DNA from: Candidatus Falkowbacteria bacterium
GTDB taxonomy: Bacteria > Patescibacteriota > Patescibacteriia > Patescibacteriales > UBA12465
Assembly: GCA_016432645.1 (NCBI GenBank)
Contig: CP066698.1
Span: 581,062 to 645,061, forward strand
Reading direction: 5' to 3'
Length of the DNA: 64,000 bases
Translations under genes and position numbers: made by a program
Notes under the pieces: model-generated
What the model was told of the DNA's origin: nothing
The model's database searches: none
What the model saw: only the letters and a program-made list of their open reading frames with translations
Part shown: positions 10,194-21,016 of the stretch, piece by piece
Numbering within the stretch: position 1 is the first letter of the stretch
Layout of the letters: each line of letters starts with the position of its first letter

Positions 10194-11672
10194 ATGAAAA
10201 ATGAAAAAATAGCCAAATCACTTGCCCAAAGTTTTATTGACGACTTGAAAGGCGAAAAACCGGCCCCGCCTATCGCCGGCTATTCCCTTTTTATTTTCGG
10301 CTCCGGCTACAATACGGCTAAATATTTTCAAAAGGTCTTCAAAAAAGAAGCAAACTATAGTTTGATTAATTTTCGATTTAAGGGGCAAACAAATCTGTTT
10401 TTAGCCGAGGGGGCCTGGAAACAATATAATCAGGAAGTCTTCAGGCAATATCTGAAAGATAAAAGTTATGTAAAAAATGTAGAAAAAAATTTCTACCACA
10501 ACTTCCCGGAGATTAACAAACTATACCAAAAATACAGCTATAAATTCATCGCCGGCGGAAATAACAACCGTCTCTTAAAAATAGTACGCCATACTTTTGA
10601 TCTTTTTTGGAAAAGTAATGCCTGGTCCCATTTCTCAATTTATTTTGACATTGATACCTGTTTTAGCCTTGTTCAAGAAAGCTACCCAAAAACAAAATAT
10701 GCAGAAATAAAAAAAATTTGGCCTCAAGCGACCGAACTAGTTGCTGAATCTTTCGATAAAGAACAGAAACGGGATATTTTAAAAAAAATAGCGGCCGGCG
10801 CTGACTCTAATTTAACTGAATTCTGCCAATACTTCTGGACTTCATATAAAAATGTCCCGACGCTGGAAATGACACAAGAAAAAATACAAAAAACATACGG
10901 AAAATTCTTAAAAAACCCGCAAATAGCCGCCAAAGAATTAAAAATAATGGATAAAGAACGGGCGGCCAAAAAGAAAAAATTCTTGGCTTGGCGAAAGAAG
11001 CTATCGCCCGCGCAAAAAAAGGTGGCCGATTTCTGCCAGACAATCATGGAAATACGGGATAAGCGTAAAAACCACTTTGCTAAAGGCATCGCCGTTTCTT
11101 GGCGCATAGCGGAAAAAATATTTTCCGAGGCCGGGGTTGATAAAAATCTCATAGAAAACGTGTTGGTGTTTGAAGAGCTGACAAGAGGCGTTAAATTTAT
11201 TAAAACCATCGCCACTGATTTGAAAAAGAGAGAAAAAAGCTACCTTGTTTATGTTCCTTATCGCGGCGCTAAAAAAATATCTTATACTAATGCCGAAAAA
11301 AATCACGACTTAGTTAATAAATATTTCATGGCTGGCGGAGAACATGGCGGCCAGGAGATTAAAGGGCAAACCGGAAATAAAGGGACAGCTGTCGGAAGCG
11401 CCCGGATTATATATTCTTCCCGCGATTTTCACCTTTTTAAAAAGGGAGAAATACTAGTTACCGGCATGACTAGACCGGAATTTGTACCGCTAATGAAACT
11501 GGCCAAGGCCATTATAACCGATGAGGGCGGGATAACCTGCCATGCGGCTATAGTCTCCAGAGAACTTAAGAAGCCCTGTATTATCGGCACCAAATTTGCC
11601 ACCAAAAAAATAAAAGACGGAGATAAATTAGAAGTTAATGCTAATAAAGGAGTGGTGAAAATTTTGAGTTAA
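10194..11672 (+). CDS. Protein with a C-terminal PEP-utilising-enzyme mobile (phosphohistidine swivel) domain and an N-terminal ~390 aa of unknown fold
   Basis: 492 aa. The C-terminus ...ILVTGMTRPEFVPLMKLAKAIITDEGGITCHAAIVSRELKKPCIIG is the classic swivel-domain motif (TDxGGxxxHAAIvaREl.iPc). I see no ATP-grasp or PEP-binding TIM-barrel motifs. Confidence 0.7.
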   Translation: MKNEKIAKSLAQSFIDDLKGEKPAPPIAGYSLFIFGSGYNTAKYFQKVFKKEANYSLINFRFKGQTNLFLAEGAWKQYNQEVFRQYLKDKSYVKNVEKNFYHNFPEINKLYQKYSYKFIAGGNNNRLLKIVRHTFDLFWKSNAWSHFSIYFDIDTCFSLVQESYPKTKYAEIKKIWPQATELVAESFDKEQKRDILKKIAAGADSNLTEFCQYFWTSYKNVPTLEMTQEKIQKTYGKFLKNPQIAAKELKIMDKERAAKKKKFLAWRKKLSPAQKKVADFCQTIMEIRDKRKNHFAKGIAVSWRIAEKIFSEAGVDKNLIENVLVFEELTRGVKFIKTIATDLKKREKSYLVYVPYRGAKKISYTNAEKNHDLVNKYFMAGGEHGGQEIKGQTGNKGTAVGSARIIYSSRDFHLFKKGEILVTGMTRPEFVPLMKLAKAIITDEGGITCHAAIVSRELKKPCIIGTKFATKKIKDGDKLEVNANKGVVKILS

Positions 11673-11693
11673 ACTAAATTATTGCTAATATTA

Positions 11694-11729
11694 CAAAAAA
11701 ACACCACGGAATTGCCCGCGGTGTTTTTA
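11694..11729. terminator. Bidirectional intrinsic terminator between convergent genes
   Basis: An A-run, then stem ACACCACGG / CCGCGGTGT (one A-C mismatch) with a 6-nt loop, then a T-run. It sits between the stop at 11672 (+) and the rpoC stop at 11754 (-). Confidence 0.6.
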
Positions 11730-11753
11730 ATTTTCTATTTGTTTGCTACTAAT

Positions 11754-14700
11754 CTATTTCTCGTATTCAAAACGTTTTTTCTTACCCTTATAGCCAGTCC
11801 CCGCTGGAATTAAGCAACCGATAATAACGTTTTCTTTCAAGCCTTCTAAATAATCGATCTTGCCGTTAACCGCCGCGTCAATCAACACGCGAGAGGTTTC
11901 TTGGAAGGAGGCGGCTGATAAGAAGCTGTCGGTAGTCAGAGACGCCTTGGTAATACCAAGTAATAGCATTTCTCCGGTTGCTAATTTTTTAGCATTCTTA
12001 TTCGCTTGATAGAAGACTTCATCTTCAACCGTTTCTCCCGGTAATAAATTAGTGTCGCCGGCATCAGTGACGAAGAAACGAGAGAACATCTGGCGGGCAA
12101 TAATTTCTACGTGCTTATCGTTCAAAGGCTGACCCTGAGAAGAATAAACATATTGAATTTCACGAATAATATATTTTTGAGTTTCAAGCTGTCCTTTCAA
12201 CTTATAAAGTTCGCGCAAATCCAAGCTGCCTTCAGTTAGTTGGGTGCCTCTTTCAATTAAATCACCATCTTTAACCAACATCATCGTTCCCTTAAGAATT
12301 GAAAATTCTTTTACCTTTTCAACTTCCTTAGAAACGCTGACAAATTTTTCTGTCACCTTGGCTAAACCAGCGGCTTTAGCCTTAACCATTTCGCCGCCGA
12401 CGCTGAATAAATCAGTATTCTTAGAAACTTGCTCATTATCTTTAACAAGTACCTTAACTTCTAATTTTTTCTTGTCCTTAGTAGTTAAGCCGCCAGCCAA
12501 TTTAAGTTCATTAACTTTTTCTGAAAAATAATATTTATCGCTGTCTTCGCCTTTATAGAAAATGCTCAAAATCTTAGCCTGAGGATTATCAACTAGAATC
12601 TCTTTGCCGTCCTGGTCTTTAATTGTTTTCTGAGCAAACTCAACTTTAACGCGGCCGGAAACATCGGAAATCAAGGCTTTTTTCTTAGGGCTGCGTGCTT
12701 CAAAAATTTCTTCAACCCGAGGCAAACCCTGAGTAATATCATCTTGGCCGGCGACACCTCCAGTATGGAAGGTTCTCATTGTTAACTGTGTACCTGGTTC
12801 ACCGATAGACTGAGCGGCAATAACACCGACGGTCGAACCCAATTTAACCGGCTTATTATAAGCCAAGTCCCAACCATAACATTTAGCACAAATACCTTTG
12901 TGCATTTTACAGCTAAGAACGGAGCGGATTCTAACTTCAACTGCTTCGCTCGCCTTTAAAGTCTTGATATTTTCTTCGTCCAGCATCTCGCCGGCCTTCA
13001 AAACAGCCTTACCTTTAGCATTCAGGACATCGGCCGCCAAATAACGACCGGTAATTTTCTTGAAGAAATCTTCACCGGTAGCTTCGGCATCAGCCTTTTT
13101 CATAATAATACCCTCTTCATCGCCACAATCTTCTTCGGCAACGATAATATCCTGAGAAACATCGACTAAACGGCGGGTCAAATAACCAGCGTTAGCTGTT
13201 CTTAAAGCGGTATCAGACAAACCTTTACGCACACCGTGGGTAGAAATAAAATACTCCAAAACACCAAAGCCTTTCTTGAAATTTCCTTTAACCGGCAATT
13301 CAATAATGGCGCCGGAAGGTGAAGTTACCAACCCTTTCATGCCTAAAATCTGTACCGGCTGCGCCCAAGAACCGCGGGCGCCGGAATCAATCATAGAATA
13401 AACCGGCAAAACATTGGTTAAACCTTTTTTACAAATTTCCGCAATTTTGTCCTTAGTGTTAGTCCACTCTTCGATAACTTTAGCATAGCGCTCGCTCTCA
13501 GTTAGCAAGCCGTCTTCATATTGTTCTTGGATGACTTCAATTTTCTCATTGGCCTCATCAATTAAGCGGTCTTTCTCTGGTAAATTCGGCAAATCACCAA
13601 AGCCCCAGGATAAACCGGATTTGGTGATAAAAGAAAAAGCTCTATTTTTTAGACCATCAATAAATTTAACAGTTTCATCTTCACTATATAAACGCAGACA
13701 TTCTCTGATTAAATCTTTTAATTTGCTTTTACCGACAACGTCATTGATAAAGCGCAATTTTTCTGGCAATAAAGAATTGAAAATTAAGCGGCCCACAGTT
13801 GTCTTCAGCATTTCACCATTATATTTAACGGTTATCGGGGCGTGTAAATCAATGAAATTATTATTATAAGCCAAATAAGCCTCGTCTTCATTATAGAAAT
13901 AAGGCATCTCTTCGCGCTTCTTATCCGCGAAATCTTTGCTAATGGAAGTTAGATAATAAGTTCCCCAGACAATATCTTGCGCCGGAGCGATAATTGGATC
14001 GCCGGTTGCTGGCTTTAATAAGTTGTGGCTGGCAAGCATTAAATGTTCCGCTTCCCACTTAGCTTCCTTAGTTAAAGGAACATGGACAGCCATTTGGTCG
14101 CCATCGAAGTCGGCGTTAAAAGCTGTACAAACAAGCGGATGGATTTGAATAGCTTTACCTTCAATCAAAATCGGGCGGAAGGCCTGAATACCTAAACGAT
14201 GCAAAGTCGGAGCGCGATTTAATAAAACAAAGGCACCGCGGACAATTTCTTCCAAAATATCCCAAACTTCATCATGTCCAGCTTCAATATAACGAGAAGC
14301 GCTGCGGACATTATGAACTATTTCTCTCTTAATTAATTGAGAAATAATAAACGGCTTAAATAATTCTAAAGCCATAATCTTCGGCAAACCGCACTGGTCA
14401 AGATTTAATTTCGGATTAACTACAATAACGGAGCGGCCGGAGTAATCAACGCGCTTACCTAATAAATTTTGACGGAACCTTCCTTGCTTACCCTTTAAGG
14501 TGTCGGCCAAAGATTTCAATTGTCTCTTTTGACCGGTAGAAGCGGTAACCGTTTTAGTATGGCGGGCAGAATTATCAATTAAAGCATCAACTGCTTCCTG
14601 CAACATTCTTTTTTCATTGCGGCAGATAACTTCCGGAGCATTTAAATCCAATAATTGCTTCAAGCGATTATTGCGATTGATGACGCGGCGATACAAATCA

Positions 14701-15674
14701 TTCAAATCGGACGCGGCAAAACGACCGCCATCAAGTGCGACCATCGGACGCAAATCAGGAGGGACAACTGGCAAAACAGTCATAATCATCCATTCTGGGC
14801 GCAAATCGTTATTTCTAAAACTCTTTAAAAGCTTTAAACGCTTCACTAATTTTTCCTTCTTAGATTCAATTGCGTCCTGTAACTTCTCTTCCAAATTAGC
14901 GATGCTTTTTTCCAAGTCAATCTTGCTGAGCAGCTCTCTAATCGCTTCAGCACCGATAGAAGCTTCGAAAATATGGCCGAATTTTAAGCTCAGACTTTGG
15001 TATTGATGTTCTGATAAAATTAAGAGTGGCTTTAATTCCTTAAGTTCTTTTTGGGTAGAGGCAAAATCTTCATCCAAGCGGGCTAATTTTTCTGTCTTAT
15101 CCTTCAAAGCATCCTTAACATCGCTTTCACTCCCACCGGCATCTTTAATTTTCTTAAGTTCGTTGTTATATTCATTTTCAAAACCCTTAACCTTGCTTTT
15201 ATATTCCGCTTTGATTTGGTTAATGGTTACTTCTTTTAAATTCTCATCAACATCAGTCACAATAAAGCTGGCGTAATAAATAACTTTTTCCAAAGACTGG
15301 ATGCCTAAATTCAAAAGCAAACCAATCTTAGAAGATAAACCTCTTAAAAACCAAATATGGGATGCGGGCACTTGCAAGGTAATGTGGCCCAATCTTTCGC
15401 GTCTAACAATACTGCGAGTTACTTCCACGCCGCACTTATCGCAGACGATTCCCTTGTAGCGAATCTTTTTATATTTACCGCAAGCACATTCCCAGTCCTT
15501 AGTCGGACCAAAAATCTTTTCGCAGAACAACCCATCTTTTTCTGGCTTTTGGGTGCGATAGTTGATTGTTTCCGGACGCGTTACCTCTCCGTGAGACCAA
15601 GATAAGATTCCATCCGGACTGGCCAGTTTAAGGCGGATAGCGTCAAAGTCGCTGGTTTTAATTGGATTTAACAT
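11754..15674 (-). CDS. rpoC: DNA-directed RNA polymerase subunit beta'
   Basis: 1306 aa. Contains the catalytic FNADFDGDQMAVHVP motif, the N-terminal zinc-binding cysteines (CACGKYKKIRYKGIVCDKCGVEV), and a conserved C-terminal region. Confidence 0.97.
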   Translation of the reverse strand: MLNPIKTSDFDAIRLKLASPDGILSWSHGEVTRPETINYRTQKPEKDGLFCEKIFGPTKDWECACGKYKKIRYKGIVCDKCGVEVTRSIVRRERLGHITLQVPASHIWFLRGLSSKIGLLLNLGIQSLEKVIYYASFIVTDVDENLKEVTINQIKAEYKSKVKGFENEYNNELKKIKDAGGSESDVKDALKDKTEKLARLDEDFASTQKELKELKPLLILSEHQYQSLSLKFGHIFEASIGAEAIRELLSKIDLEKSIANLEEKLQDAIESKKEKLVKRLKLLKSFRNNDLRPEWMIMTVLPVVPPDLRPMVALDGGRFAASDLNDLYRRVINRNNRLKQLLDLNAPEVICRNEKRMLQEAVDALIDNSARHTKTVTASTGQKRQLKSLADTLKGKQGRFRQNLLGKRVDYSGRSVIVVNPKLNLDQCGLPKIMALELFKPFIISQLIKREIVHNVRSASRYIEAGHDEVWDILEEIVRGAFVLLNRAPTLHRLGIQAFRPILIEGKAIQIHPLVCTAFNADFDGDQMAVHVPLTKEAKWEAEHLMLASHNLLKPATGDPIIAPAQDIVWGTYYLTSISKDFADKKREEMPYFYNEDEAYLAYNNNFIDLHAPITVKYNGEMLKTTVGRLIFNSLLPEKLRFINDVVGKSKLKDLIRECLRLYSEDETVKFIDGLKNRAFSFITKSGLSWGFGDLPNLPEKDRLIDEANEKIEVIQEQYEDGLLTESERYAKVIEEWTNTKDKIAEICKKGLTNVLPVYSMIDSGARGSWAQPVQILGMKGLVTSPSGAIIELPVKGNFKKGFGVLEYFISTHGVRKGLSDTALRTANAGYLTRRLVDVSQDIIVAEEDCGDEEGIIMKKADAEATGEDFFKKITGRYLAADVLNAKGKAVLKAGEMLDEENIKTLKASEAVEVRIRSVLSCKMHKGICAKCYGWDLAYNKPVKLGSTVGVIAAQSIGEPGTQLTMRTFHTGGVAGQDDITQGLPRVEEIFEARSPKKKALISDVSGRVKVEFAQKTIKDQDGKEILVDNPQAKILSIFYKGEDSDKYYFSEKVNELKLAGGLTTKDKKKLEVKVLVKDNEQVSKNTDLFSVGGEMVKAKAAGLAKVTEKFVSVSKEVEKVKEFSILKGTMMLVKDGDLIERGTQLTEGSLDLRELYKLKGQLETQKYIIREIQYVYSSQGQPLNDKHVEIIARQMFSRFFVTDAGDTNLLPGETVEDEVFYQANKNAKKLATGEMLLLGITKASLTTDSFLSAASFQETSRVLIDAAVNGKIDYLEGLKENVIIGCLIPAGTGYKGKKKRFEYEK

Positions 15675-15700
15675 AAATATGTAAATGTTTATTTAATTAT

Positions 15701-18700
15701 TTATTCCGCTCGGCTATCTTTTTCTTCATCCAGGGAAACGATAATTTCCGGCTTCTCATAATCAAGCGCTTCCTCCTTTTCCATCTCTTCATCCAAATCA
15801 GTCATTACTTCAGAAGCAGTCATGCCGTTAGCGCCGTTCAAAAGCTCAACGTTCAAACCTAAACCTTTTAATTCTCTGATTAAAACGTTGAACGATTCCG
15901 GAACATTTAATTTTTCAATTTCTTCGCCCTTAATAATTGACTCGTAGGCTTTGCTACGTCCCGGAATATCATCGGATTTAATAGTTAAAATTTCTTGCAA
16001 AGTATGGGAAGCACCATAGCCCTCTAAAGCCCAGACTTCCATTTCTCCAAATCTCTGGCCGCCGAATTGCGCTTTACCGCCTAAAGGCTGCTGGGTAATT
16101 AAAGAGTAAGGACCAATTGAACGCTGGTGAATCTTATCTTCAACCATGTGGTTGAGTTTCAACATATACTTATAACCGACCGTAATCTGATTATCATAAG
16201 CTTCACCGGTCTTGCCATCATATAAAGTTATTTTTCCATTCTCCGGCAAACCGGCTTTTTTCAGCTCTTCTTTAATCTGTTCTTCGCTGACCCCGTTTAA
16301 AGCTGGGGTCATAATGCGATAGCCCAATTTCTTGGCCGCAAAGCCCAGATGAGTTTCTAATAACTGACCCAGGTTCATACGGGAAATAATACCAAGCGGG
16401 GACAAGATAACATCAATCGGTGTCCCGTCAGCCATATAAGGCATATCTTCAATCGGAACAATTTTTGAAATAACACCTTTGTTCCCGTGGCGGCCGGACA
16501 TCTTATCGCCAACTTGAATCTTTCTTAAATTAGCGACCGAAACTTGAATGGATTGCAAAACACCGGCAGATAATTTATCGCCTTCTTCACGGGAGAAAAT
16601 TTTAATGTCGACTACTTTGCCGTGTTCGCCATGTTCTAGATATAGAGAGGAGTCGCGGACATCTTTAGCTTTCTCGCCAAAAATAGCACGTAATAATTTT
16701 TCTTCAGCAGATAGGGTAGTTTCACCCTTAGGGGTAATCTTACCGACTAAAATATCGCCGGAAGAAACTTCGGCACCGATTCTAATAATACCTTCGTCAT
16801 CCAAGTTCTTTAATTTCTCTTCGCTGATATTAGGAATGTCATTAGTAACAACTTCCGGACCGAGCTTGGTATCACGGACATCAATTGTATAGTTTTCAAT
16901 ATGAATTGAAGAATAAACGTCTTCTTTGACTAAGCGTTCGGAAATAATCACGGCGTCTTCATAGTTGAAACCTTCCCAGGTCATAAAAGCCACTAGTGCA
17001 TTGCGGCCCAAAGATAATTCGCCATTATCAATTGCCGGCCCATCAGATAAAACTTGGCCCTTCTTCACTTTTTCGCCGACGTCAACTGTCGGATGCTGGT
17101 TAATACAAGTGGAGGAATTGGAGCGTAAAAATTTATTCAAATTATAAGTCACTACTTGGCCTTTCTTGGTTGTTAGTTCAATCAACCCGGCCTCGGATTT
17201 AGTAATGATACCGTCATCGGCCGCTAGTACAACGTGGCCGCTATCACGAGCGGCGCGCTCCTCAACGCCGGTACCGACAACCGGAGCTTCGCTTTTAACC
17301 AAAGGCACGGCCTGACGTTGCATGTTTGTTCCCATCAAAGACCGCTGCCCATCGTTATGTTCCATGAACGGAATTAAGCTGGTCGCAATAGAAATAATTT
17401 GATTGGCGGCTACACCGACAAAGTCAATCTTATCAACTTCTTCCATTCCTGGTTGGCCATATTTTCGACCTTCAAATTTAGATACTAAAAAGTACCCGTG
17501 TTCATCGGTCGGGATAGTGGAGTCAACGGTAATATATTTTTCTTCTTCAAAAGCGTCCAAATAAACAATTTCATCGGTGACGCGCGGACCTTTTTTATCT
17601 TTAACAACTTTACGATATGGGGTCTCTAAAAAGCCGTAGCTATTTAGTCTGGCATAGCTGGCCAAATGGCCGACCAAACCGATATTCGGACCTTCCGGAG
17701 TAGCAATCGGACAAATGCGGCCGTAGTGGGTGGTGTGTACATCACGGACATCAAAGCCGGCCCTTTCTCTAGTTAAACCACCAGGACCCATCGCTGATAA
17801 ACGACGCTTATGCTCCAATTCCGCCAGCGGATTGGTTTGATCCATGAATTGGGAAAGCTGAGAAGACATAAAGAATTCTCGAACTACGCCGATAACTGGA
17901 CGCGCATTAACTAACTTTGAAGGCGTAAGCGAAGTAATTTCGGAAGTGGACATCCTATCCTTAATAATTCTTTCCATTCTGGCTAAGCCGACGCGGAAAC
18001 GATTTTGGATTAAGCCGCCAATCGCGCGGATACGGCGATTGCCCAGGTGATCGATATCATCTTCCGGTTCTTTAGTAATATTTAATCTGATAACTTCTTT
18101 AATAATCAAGACTAAATCTTCCTTTCTTAAAATACGGTATTCTTTTTTAGTGGCCGGCAAGTCTAAAGAAAAACGGCGGTTAAGCTTATAGCGGCCAACG
18201 CGGCCGAAATCATAGCGGTCAAAACGGAAGAACATGGAATAAATTAATTGGCGGGCATTTTCGACTGAAGCCAAATCTCCCGGACGAATGCGGCGATAAA
18301 CCTCCTGTAAACCTTCCGCCTCATCTTTAGCGGCATCTTTTTCAATGGTCGCCTCAATAAAAGTTTTTTCGTCCTTGCTCTTTACCAAATCAACATCGGC
18401 AAATAATTTTAAAATCTCTTCATCGCTGGAATAACCGAAAGCGCGTAACAGCGAAGTGACGGCTACTTTTCGTTTGCGATCAATTCTTACCCAAAGGACC
18501 TTATTGGAGTCCGTTTCAATTTCCAGCCAAGCGCCGCGATTCGGAATAATTTTCGCACCGTAGCATTTCTTGCCTTTAATAAATTCCGCGGTAAACATTA
18601 CGCCGGCGCTGCGGATTAATTGGGAAACGACAACCCTCTCAATACCATTAATAATGAAGGTTCCCTTATCGGTCATCAATGGAAAATCACCCAAGAAGAC

Positions 18701-19003
18701 TTCTTGGTTGTTTGCTTGACCGGTTTTCTTATTTAATAAGCGCGTCTTAACGCGTAAAGACGCTTCGTAAGTAATATTTTTTTCCCGGCTTTCAACCTCG
18801 GAAAATTTTGGTTCGTCTAAATTATAATCTTCGAAATAAAGTTCTAAATCACGACCGATAAAATCAGTGACCGGATTAATTTCGTCGAATAGCTCCGCTA
18901 AGCCTTCTTTTAAAAACCAAGTATAGGAATCCTTTTGAATCTCTATTAAATCCGGCATCGGCAGGACTTCTCTAAGCTCGGAGAATGATTTGCGTTTAGA
19001 CAT
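15701..19003 (-). CDS. rpoB: DNA-directed RNA polymerase subunit beta
   Basis: 1100 aa. Conserved blocks include [17 protein letters not shown] and [18 protein letters not shown]. It lies immediately upstream of rpoC. Confidence 0.97.
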   Translation of the reverse strand: MSKRKSFSELREVLPMPDLIEIQKDSYTWFLKEGLAELFDEINPVTDFIGRDLELYFEDYNLDEPKFSEVESREKNITYEASLRVKTRLLNKKTGQANNQEVFLGDFPLMTDKGTFIINGIERVVVSQLIRSAGVMFTAEFIKGKKCYGAKIIPNRGAWLEIETDSNKVLWVRIDRKRKVAVTSLLRAFGYSSDEEILKLFADVDLVKSKDEKTFIEATIEKDAAKDEAEGLQEVYRRIRPGDLASVENARQLIYSMFFRFDRYDFGRVGRYKLNRRFSLDLPATKKEYRILRKEDLVLIIKEVIRLNITKEPEDDIDHLGNRRIRAIGGLIQNRFRVGLARMERIIKDRMSTSEITSLTPSKLVNARPVIGVVREFFMSSQLSQFMDQTNPLAELEHKRRLSAMGPGGLTRERAGFDVRDVHTTHYGRICPIATPEGPNIGLVGHLASYARLNSYGFLETPYRKVVKDKKGPRVTDEIVYLDAFEEEKYITVDSTIPTDEHGYFLVSKFEGRKYGQPGMEEVDKIDFVGVAANQIISIATSLIPFMEHNDGQRSLMGTNMQRQAVPLVKSEAPVVGTGVEERAARDSGHVVLAADDGIITKSEAGLIELTTKKGQVVTYNLNKFLRSNSSTCINQHPTVDVGEKVKKGQVLSDGPAIDNGELSLGRNALVAFMTWEGFNYEDAVIISERLVKEDVYSSIHIENYTIDVRDTKLGPEVVTNDIPNISEEKLKNLDDEGIIRIGAEVSSGDILVGKITPKGETTLSAEEKLLRAIFGEKAKDVRDSSLYLEHGEHGKVVDIKIFSREEGDKLSAGVLQSIQVSVANLRKIQVGDKMSGRHGNKGVISKIVPIEDMPYMADGTPIDVILSPLGIISRMNLGQLLETHLGFAAKKLGYRIMTPALNGVSEEQIKEELKKAGLPENGKITLYDGKTGEAYDNQITVGYKYMLKLNHMVEDKIHQRSIGPYSLITQQPLGGKAQFGGQRFGEMEVWALEGYGASHTLQEILTIKSDDIPGRSKAYESIIKGEEIEKLNVPESFNVLIRELKGLGLNVELLNGANGMTASEVMTDLDEEMEKEEALDYEKPEIIVSLDEEKDSRAE

Positions 19004-19210
19004 AGATATATAGTGTAATTATTTAACTATTTTTATCGAATTAAAATGACGAAAGAGCAAAAAAAGATAGCCAGATTAAGTGGTTTTTAACAAAAAAATC
19101 CCAATCCCAAATTGGCTTGAGTTTCGGTACGTATTAAATTAATTATTTTCTTTATATATCACTTTTTTTAAATAAAAAAGTGTTAATGTATCCTAATAAT
19201 ATGATAATAA

Positions 19211-20644
19211 TTATTTTTTGTCAATACACATTTTGTCCACAATCGCCTGACGCAGCCGCTCTCGGTCATCCCAAGGAATTTTAGAGCCATTAGGGCCACA
19301 GATATATTGTTCGGCGCCTTTACCGGTAATCAGCACTAAATCACCTTCTTTGGCTAATTCTAGAGCTTTTTTAATGGCTTCGCCGCGATCTAAAATTAAA
19401 AATAAATCCTGATTTTCCTTTTTACCAAGCATCTTGGACCCAGAAGCGACATCCCTAATAATCATTCCGGGGTCTTCATCATAAGGGTCTTCGTTGGTGA
19501 TAACTACAATATCGGCTTTTTCAGCGGCCATCTTGCCTAAAATCGGCCGGCGCGACTTATCACGGCCGCCGCCGGTAGAACCTAATATATGGATTAAACG
19601 GTTATAAGGCAGAATGGAAATTGTTTCATAAAGTTTTTCTAAAGCCCGGGGCTCAAAAGAATAATCAACCATGGCCGCAAAATCCTGGCCGGCATTAATA
19701 ATTTCCATTTTACCAGCCAGTCCGGAAACGCTTTCCAGTCCGACTTTAATTTTTTCGATTGCGATTCCCTGGCTTAAGCCAACAGCATAAGCAGCCAAGG
19801 CATTAAAGGTATTAAACTCTCCTAAAAGATTAAGATGAATATCTTGATTATTAATATTCAAATCCAAACCGGCGATGCCGGTCGATTTAAGCTCGCCAAC
19901 AACATTGGCGAAATCCAAACCGGCTGATTCGCTCCCCAGGTTAGCTTTAAATCTTTCCAGCTCCGCCAAACCGCGCATTGAATAAGCAATTTTAGATTCG
20001 CTCCAAAATTCTCCAAAATACTCGGCGTGTTCGTCGTCGCCATTGATAATAGTGGTTTTTTTAATGCGCAATAAATCTAATTTCTTCAAACCGCTTTTAG
20101 TCTGACAAACAATTTTATTATCACTGACATATTTATTTTTAAAGCGGCGCAAATGAGAAAATAACAAACCCTTGGCTTGTTTATATTTTTCAAAATTTCC
20201 GTGAGACTCAATGTGCTCCGGATACAATCCGGTAAAAACTAAAACATCGTAGTTGATAAAACGATGCCGGAATTGCTTAATACCCTCAGAGGTTGTTTCA
20301 ATAACCGCGTAACGACAACCGTTTTTAAGCATCTTTTTAATCAGTTTTTGAATAAAGACACGGCCGGGCATCGTCATTTTTTTATCATTCAGCCACTCTT
20401 GATTGCCGTCAGAAAAAATCGTCGTTGAAGTATAACCGGTCTTATAGCCGGCCTTCTCCAACATTTTAGCAATTAAATAAACGGTTGAAGTTTTGCCGGC
20501 CGTACCGGTAACGCCGATGACAATTAATTTTTTACTGGGAAAACCGCTGATAAGCGCTGCCAAAAAACTCATTAAAAAATGATAAATGGGCTGAAGCGCT
20601 TTAAATAAACGCTTAGGAATTAGTTTTTTAAGCTTATCCGCCAT
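19211..20644 (-). CDS. murE: Mur ligase, MurE-like (UDP-MurNAc-L-Ala-D-Glu : diamino acid ligase) lacking the canonical N-terminal domain
   Basis: 477 aa. P-loop GVTGTAGKTST at residue ~45; VDYSFEPRALEKL (compare MurE DYAHTPDAL); VVITNEDPYDEDP (compare MurE TSDNPRSEDP). Confidence 0.65.
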   Translation of the reverse strand: MADKLKKLIPKRLFKALQPIYHFLMSFLAALISGFPSKKLIVIGVTGTAGKTSTVYLIAKMLEKAGYKTGYTSTTIFSDGNQEWLNDKKMTMPGRVFIQKLIKKMLKNGCRYAVIETTSEGIKQFRHRFINYDVLVFTGLYPEHIESHGNFEKYKQAKGLLFSHLRRFKNKYVSDNKIVCQTKSGLKKLDLLRIKKTTIINGDDEHAEYFGEFWSESKIAYSMRGLAELERFKANLGSESAGLDFANVVGELKSTGIAGLDLNINNQDIHLNLLGEFNTFNALAAYAVGLSQGIAIEKIKVGLESVSGLAGKMEIINAGQDFAAMVDYSFEPRALEKLYETISILPYNRLIHILGSTGGGRDKSRRPILGKMAAEKADIVVITNEDPYDEDPGMIIRDVASGSKMLGKKENQDLFLILDRGEAIKKALELAKEGDLVLITGKGAEQYICGPNGSKIPWDDRERLRQAIVDKMCIDKK

Positions 20645-20646
20645 AA

Positions 20647-20988
20647 TTAATTGTTGAAGATTTTGGAATCAATTTTGTTTTTAGTCGGCTTGTCTTCTTT
20701 AGCTGAAAAACTGCCATCAGGATTAACTTCTTTAAGTAAGTCGGCCAAATCAGCTTCTGCCGCTTTAAGTTCTAAATTTTTTTCTTCAAGGCTCTGCCCG
20801 AGATATTTAGCATCGTCCTCGGCCATAAACATAATTTCTTTCTCCAGCTCCGCAACTTTAGCGCGCGCTGCATTGACGGCATCATCCAAAGCTTTCCGGC
20901 GTTCAGGTGGCAATTTAGCATCCTCCTTGCTTCCCAAGCGATCAAATTCATCATTGGGATAAACATTCTCAAAATGTTCAAATTTCAT
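20647..20988 (-). CDS. Hypothetical coiled-coil protein
   Basis: 113 aa, charged heptad-like sequence. It sits between ftsK and murE with gaps of about 2-30 nt. No recognisable motif. Confidence 0.5.
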   Translation of the reverse strand: MKFEHFENVYPNDEFDRLGSKEDAKLPPERRKALDDAVNAARAKVAELEKEIMFMAEDDAKYLGQSLEEKNLELKAAEADLADLLKEVNPDGSFSAKEDKPTKNKIDSKIFNN

Positions 20989-21016
20989 ATGGTTAGCGAT
21001 TAATTATTAATTTATT

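Noticed and set aside
10724-11306. Three overlapping minus-strand ORFs (163, 78 and 101 aa) inside the PEP-swivel gene.
   Set aside because: They are mutually overlapping Phe/Ser-rich antisense frames of a Lys-rich coding region. The + strand ORF is continuous and ends in a diagnostic domain.
11754-19003. Track ORFs antisense to rpoC/rpoB (12244..12531, 13531..13869, 14617..15006, 15357..15605, 16548..16892, 16965..17147). Similar antisense ORFs lie inside lepA, murJ, acd, ftsK, pnp, polA, purB and others.
   Set aside because: They lie entirely inside, and opposite to, strongly supported conserved genes. They have low-complexity Ser/Leu/Phe-rich translations typical of the reverse frame of Lys/Glu-rich genes, and no promoter or start context.
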